NCBI GenBank assembly: GCA_030765785.1
Contig: JAVCCC010000018.1
Coordinates: forward strand, 761 to 64,760
Direction of reading: 5' to 3'
DNA length: 64,000 nt
Source: Candidatus Aceula lacicola
GTDB lineage: Bacteria > Omnitrophota > Gorgyraeia > Zapsychrales > Aceulaceae
Part shown: piece after piece, positions 60,460 to 64,000 of the stretch
Layout: every line of letters begins with the position of its first letter
How positions within the stretch are numbered: position 1 is the first letter of the stretch
Notes under the pieces: generated by a model
The model's database searches: none
The model's input: the letters and a program-made list of their open reading frames with translations, nothing else
What the model was told of the DNA's origin: nothing
Program-made: the position numbers and the translations under genes

Positions 60460-61197
60460 TTAACTTTTTAAAGAGTTTCGCCTTGTTTGCATAAATGCTG
60501 CTTTGACGCTGCCTGTCTTTGCCGTACAAATAAGCTTGTCGTGCAATAATAATTTTAAATTTGTTGAATCGGAAGGCATAATCTTGTCGTTTCTATATAA
60601 TGCTAATATGAAAATACCGTTTTCCAAAAAATAAGGATCGGCAATCTCCTTGTCAAAGAGAGGGCTGTTTTCTGTAATTTCAACGCTAACAAGGCTGGAG
60701 CCGTCAGGCGTAAGCGCAATTTCTTCAAAATGCCACGGCGCAAAAACACCTTTTTTTATAAAATAAGCTTTTGTGTAATTGCTTAAATAATTTGCTAATT
60801 TGGAGTGAACGGATATCTTGTATAATATAAAAATAACGAATAAGACTATACCTAAATTCGTCAAATGCAAAAGTTTTTCCGGAAGAATAAAATCGATAAA
60901 AGGAATGTGAATTTCGCTTACATATTTAGGAACCTTTATCGCATTAATAGACGTAGCGATTAAACTGACAAATCCGGCATAGCCCATAATCATCAGCACA
61001 GAGGCAATCTTACGCCGTTGAGCATTCTTTGCGATAAGTTCTGATTCTCTCGTGGTAAAACCTGTCCCAGTAAAACAGGAAATCGCTTGAAATCGCGCGA
61101 CAGGCAACTTTAGGCCAGTCAACTCAAAAGCAATCGTGCCAATCTTCACCACAACAATCAACATAAAAATAAAAATGATAAACAAAAATAAATGCAT
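60460..61197 (-). CDS. Membrane protein with K+-channel-like pore loop and TrkA-C (RCK-C) domain
   Basis: ARFQAISCFTGTGFTTRESE, RRKIASVLMIMG, C-terminal ENSPL...ILALYR....MP. Confidence 0.8.
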   Translation of the reverse strand: MHLFLFIIFIFMLIVVVKIGTIAFELTGLKLPVARFQAISCFTGTGFTTRESELIAKNAQRRKIASVLMIMGYAGFVSLIATSINAIKVPKYVSEIHIPFIDFILPEKLLHLTNLGIVLFVIFILYKISVHSKLANYLSNYTKAYFIKKGVFAPWHFEEIALTPDGSSLVSVEITENSPLFDKEIADPYFLENGIFILALYRNDKIMPSDSTNLKLLLHDKLICTAKTGSVKAAFMQTRRNSLKS

Positions 61198-61212
61198 ATA
61201 ACACCTTTCTTA

Positions 61213-61231
61213 AATGAACCCCTGATTTATG
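61213..61231 (+). repeat. Left half-site of the dispersed element (direct repeat B2)
   Basis: AATGAACCCCTGATTTATG. Confidence 0.7.
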
Positions 61232-61359
61232 AGTGCCCCCTTAAAGGTGACTGCCCTCTTTTTATTTTAACATGACAATGGGTTGGGAGGGATGAAAAAT
61301 TATAAAAAAGTTGATGTAAGATTGTCCTCAAGTTTATTTTGCAAGGCATTGCTAAAAAA

Positions 61360-61390
61360 TTACCCCGTGCAATTTTGCAACGGGGTAAAT
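61360..61390 (-). terminator. REP-like hairpin or terminator after ferredoxin
   Basis: ATTTACCCCGTTGCAAAATTGCACGGGGTAA followed by a T-run on the minus strand. Confidence 0.6.
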
Positions 61391-61402
61391 AAACGGTGTT
61401 GA

Positions 61403-61588
61403 TTATTCTATTGTAATCGCTGCAGCTGGACATGCATCTGCTGCGGATTTACATTTATCTTCTAACTCTCTTGGGACATCCTCCATCAGAAGTGTTGCCT
61501 TTTCGCCTTCCATTTTAAAAATTTCAGGACAAGTATCAACGCAATCTTTACTGCCTACACAAGCATCTTGATCCAGTTTAACTTTCAT
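61403..61588 (-). CDS. Monocluster ferredoxin
   Basis: CVGSKDCVDTCPEIF...AADACPAAAI. SD AAGGAG. Confidence 0.92.
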   Translation of the reverse strand: MKVKLDQDACVGSKDCVDTCPEIFKMEGEKATLLMEDVPRELEDKCKSAADACPAAAITIE

Positions 61589-61646
61589 TTTTATCTCCTT
61601 TTTTTATTTATATTTTTTTTGAATTTTTGCCGATAAAAAATCCTAG

Positions 61647-62087
61647 CTATTTACTTAAATTTCTCCTTACAAACATTTCCCTTTGTATGTCATCGTATAG
61701 CTTCCGAAAGAGCTCTAGATCTGAAACCATCTTAGAACTTTCCTGTGTCCCGTATTGAGAGCTTGTTTTTGTTTTCTTAATGAGAGACAGCCTCTCTTTT
61801 ACCGTATCTTCCCCAAATTGCTCTATAGTTGCAGTCATTTCAAAATTAACCATTGAGAACCACTCCTGCTTTATACCAGTCTCACCTTGTATAACCCCTG
61901 AATCATAATCTGAATTCTTAATAACATACCCGTAATCTTGAAATACTTGCAGTGTAGACTTAAAGGCATCATCAAACATTCCTTCCAAATCCCTAGACTC
62001 AATGGCTCTTCTTTGCGAAGAAGGCAGTGTTGTAGCGCATCCAATTATAAATATCATAAATAGAAGCAAGCTTATAATTTTTTTCAT
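61647..62087 (-). CDS. Hypothetical lipoprotein
   Basis: Lipobox IIGC. RRAIESR...AFKSTLQVFQDYGYVI. Confidence 0.8.
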   Translation of the reverse strand: MKKIISLLLFMIFIIGCATTLPSSQRRAIESRDLEGMFDDAFKSTLQVFQDYGYVIKNSDYDSGVIQGETGIKQEWFSMVNFEMTATIEQFGEDTVKERLSLIKKTKTSSQYGTQESSKMVSDLELFRKLYDDIQREMFVRRNLSK

Positions 62088-62146
62088 TCTTCAAACTCCT
62101 TTATTTTTAAGTTAACTCTTCTAAAAATTTCTACCTAAATATAAAT

Positions 62147-62524
62147 CTAGAAAGTAGATGATCTATAACTGGAATTCTTAACCATATCATTTTTATCAAA
62201 TTCTATCATTAAGGTAAATGTTCTCGTAGAAGAAGACGACCTGCTCCCAGTTCCACCAGCAATAATAAGAGTGCCGTAGATATCTGACGTTCCTTTTTCT
62301 ACGGACATTTTATCGTAAGTCCAAACTTCATTGCCGCTTTTATTCTTTGTAATGATATTAGGAGCCCCGAAAACTTCCAAAATTTCATTTTGATTAGTTT
62401 GACCATTAATAATTTTAGTTTTTGCCATGCCTGGAGTTAAGTTTCCCCTCTGAATAGGCTGAACGCTCGCGCATCCTACAACAAAAAACAATAAAGCAAC
62501 ACACCAAAAAACTTGTTTTTTCAT
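62147..62524 (-). CDS. BamE/SmpA-like lipoprotein
   Basis: Lipobox VVGC, NQNEILEVFGAPN...EVWTY...IEFD. True start is ATG 62524 (SD AAGGAG). Confidence 0.75.
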   Translation of the reverse strand: MKKQVFWCVALLFFVVGCASVQPIQRGNLTPGMAKTKIINGQTNQNEILEVFGAPNIITKNKSGNEVWTYDKMSVEKGTSDIYGTLIIAGGTGSRSSSSTRTFTLMIEFDKNDMVKNSSYRSSTF

Positions 62525-62535
62525 AAAACTCTCCT

Positions 62536-62641
62536 TAAATGAGCCCCTGCTGCTTCGTTTTGTTTTGCTTTGCTTCAACAAAAGCAAAGCGAAACGACAG
62601 GGGCGAATTTATCCAGAAAACATTTTAATGTTTTCTGGAAT
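62536..62641 (+). repeat. Two-hairpin dispersed element, copy 4
   Basis: TAAATGAGCCCCTG-(pentamer arms)-CAGGGGCGAATTTATCCAGAAAACATT-tt-AATGTTTTCTGGAAT. Confidence 0.88.
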
Positions 62642-62732
62642 CCTTAATCTCTATCTCTCTGTGGCGACGCGGGATTTCTACTATTTTTTTCCTTAAGGCC
62701 TGGCACGTTTTTACTTTTTTATGAAACAAATT

Positions 62733-63218
62733 TTAAATCAATTTATTTTGAATCAAATAAGCCCTTCCAGGATGACCTAAAGAATATTCGTGAACATAAA
62801 TATTGTAATTTAAATAATTTTTTCTTTTAAGACTCTCCACATAATACTTTAACCGAGTCTCTTTAATACTTGAAAAATATTGTCTTATGCCATTCCATTC
62901 TACTATCGCACCTTCTTTTTTGCTCAAATAAACAAGAATTTTCTCCTCATTCTCCTCTAAGCAGGTACCTAAAATTTCTTTATCAAATTTCACACCTTCT
63001 CTTGCTTTCTTAAAAATAAGAATAAAACTAATCAAGAATAATACTACAGATATCCAGTTACTTATTAAAGAAGTCTCATTTAACCAAACAAAAATATTTC
63101 TCAGGCATCCTAAAGCTATCGTCCATAGCCCAAAATAAGTAATAGCAGAAATAATCATAAACAGCACTATTCCCGCAATAACTTGATTTACGATATCTTT
63201 TCCATCTTCCCTTTTCAT
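62733..63218 (-). CDS. Hypothetical protein, 2 TM + probable winged-helix C-domain
   Basis: Two hydrophobic segments, EEKILVYL...LKYYVESLKRKNYL...YSLGHPGRAYL. SD GAGGT. Confidence 0.6.
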   Translation of the reverse strand: MKREDGKDIVNQVIAGIVLFMIISAITYFGLWTIALGCLRNIFVWLNETSLISNWISVVLFLISFILIFKKAREGVKFDKEILGTCLEENEEKILVYLSKKEGAIVEWNGIRQYFSSIKETRLKYYVESLKRKNYLNYNIYVHEYSLGHPGRAYLIQNKLI

Positions 63219-63256
63219 TTTACCTCACCTTAATTATTTTAAGGACTGCCTTTCTC

Positions 63257-63709
63257 TTATTTTAAAGAATTGCTCACTTTCATAGCGACATGTCTATACA
63301 CATAGTCACATTCATCAGAACCAAAAACAGTAAGACTTGTCCTAAAATCGGTTGATGCAGCTCCGTGCAAAAAAGTTAAAGTAATGCTTGGGGCTTCGCC
63401 CTGTATTTGATCACACGCATATTTATCTGTCTTTAATCTAATATTGTAAAGATTATTCCATTTTGTATAATCAAAATCAATAGCAGTAAGAAAATTTCTA
63501 AACTCAAGAATAATTGAATCGAAAAATACAAAGAAACCAATATTTTCAATTTTTCCTTCAACATTTTTTGTCATGTTAGGAACAATAAATTTAACTTTTT
63601 CATTTAACATAAAACGTTCTGCGAACTTGAAAAGACTTTTCACCCTTTCTTTTTCTGTTTTCGTCTTAAAAAAAGAAAATCCACCTATTTCATTAAGATT
63701 TGTATTCAT
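63257..63709 (-). CDS. Hypothetical protein, 150 aa
   Basis: Open frame with SD AGGAG and ATG 63709. It overlaps the upstream gene by 17 nt. Confidence 0.75.
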   Translation of the reverse strand: MNTNLNEIGGFSFFKTKTEKERVKSLFKFAERFMLNEKVKFIVPNMTKNVEGKIENIGFFVFFDSIILEFRNFLTAIDFDYTKWNNLYNIRLKTDKYACDQIQGEAPSITLTFLHGAASTDFRTSLTVFGSDECDYVYRHVAMKVSNSLK

Positions 63710-64000
63710 CAATGTCTCCTTTATCTTTAATTTGAACAATCACTCCATCAAAGAAATGCAGTATATGCCCGATATAATTAGGTATAAACCTTGGTTTTCT
63801 GAATTCCCATTTCCAATCATGACTTTCAGATTTCTTCGTTCTCGATACCCTGTCGCTTCTGTAATATTTATGCAATATTGATTTAATCGTATCTTGTAAT
63901 TGTGTTCTGATTTGTATTTCAAATGAAAAAATAATTTTTTTAGGATTAGATTCAAAATCTAAAATACAGGTCTCATAAGAAAGATATATGTGCTTAGCAA
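63693..64000 (-). CDS. C-terminal part of a RelA/SpoT-like nucleotidyltransferase-domain protein (5' end outside the window)
   Basis: The frame of ORF 63693..63875 stays open to the window edge: AKHIYL...FEIQIRTQLQDTIKSILHKYY, matching the H...EIQIRT..Q......H..Y motifs of RelA_SpoT synthetase domains. Confidence 0.7.
   Translation of the reverse strand, partial: AKHIYLSYETCILDFESNPKKIIFSFEIQIRTQLQDTIKSILHKYYRSDRVSRTKKSESHDWKWEFRKPRFIPNYIGHILHFFDGVIVQIKDKGDIDEYKS

Noticed and set aside
62525-62587. N-terminal extension of the lipoprotein ORF, and ORFs 47934..48146, 48339..48524 and 61227..61433
   Set aside because: They read through repeat or intergenic DNA. A better SD + ATG + lipobox start exists at 62524.
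37287-62641. CRISPR interpretation of the repeats
   Set aside because: Copies are kilobases apart with no repeat-spacer periodicity and no cas genes.
62700-62716. Sigma54-like TGGCACG
   Set aside because: The -12 GC is missing (GG-N10-CT) and it points antisense to the neighbouring genes.
63740-63955. 71-aa ORF
   Set aside because: It is an alternate frame overlapping the RelA/SpoT-like reading frame, which carries the recognisable motifs.
60332-64000. Integron cassette array (small co-oriented genes with palindromes)
   Set aside because: There are no RYYYAAC/GTTRRRY attC boxes after stops and no integrase in the window.

Overview
This AT-rich bacterial chromosomal window lies mostly on the minus strand. 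Gene content and order resemble a diderm PVC-group organism such as Candidatus Omnitrophota (inference only). Positions 1-9.2 kb hold a type IV pilus/T2SS assembly operon (small Xis-like HTH, fused PilM-PilN, PilO, PilP-like, secretin running off the left edge), preceded by a TPR-ExbB-ExbD-TonB-stub-Zn-ribbon-pilin module. Positions 9.2-47.9 kb are core housekeeping: uvrA, a Lys-rich histone-like protein, a roughly 15-kb argCJBDFGH-lysA-dapFABL-folK-panC-nadX run, rplM-rpsI, truA, asd, leuB, fabG-acpP-fabF, folE-folB, ispG/ispH, murB, moaA/mog, metXW and miaB. Positions 47.9-64 kb are more accessory: a GIY-YIG nuclease, Fe-S and membrane proteins, an AmmeMemoRadiSam radical SAM enzyme, a glycerol utilisation operon, a PP2C sensor, lipoproteins and a RelA/SpoT-like gene cut by the right edge. 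I found no tRNA, rRNA, CRISPR array, integrase or transposase. There are four main unexplained signals. (1) A dispersed two-hairpin element (TAAAT-GA-stem-GA-ATTTA-TCC-stem-GGA) shows covarying stems, supplies the Shine-Dalgarno of folE and metX, and has half-sites that flank a gene as direct repeats. (2) A GIY-YIG gene sits between related hairpins, next to a second direct-repeat-bounded gene. (3) A 6-codon UNN-containing uORF and a 16-bp hairpin cover the miaB start. (4) A RelA/SpoT-like + unknown + 2TM-wHTH gene trio lies at the right edge.
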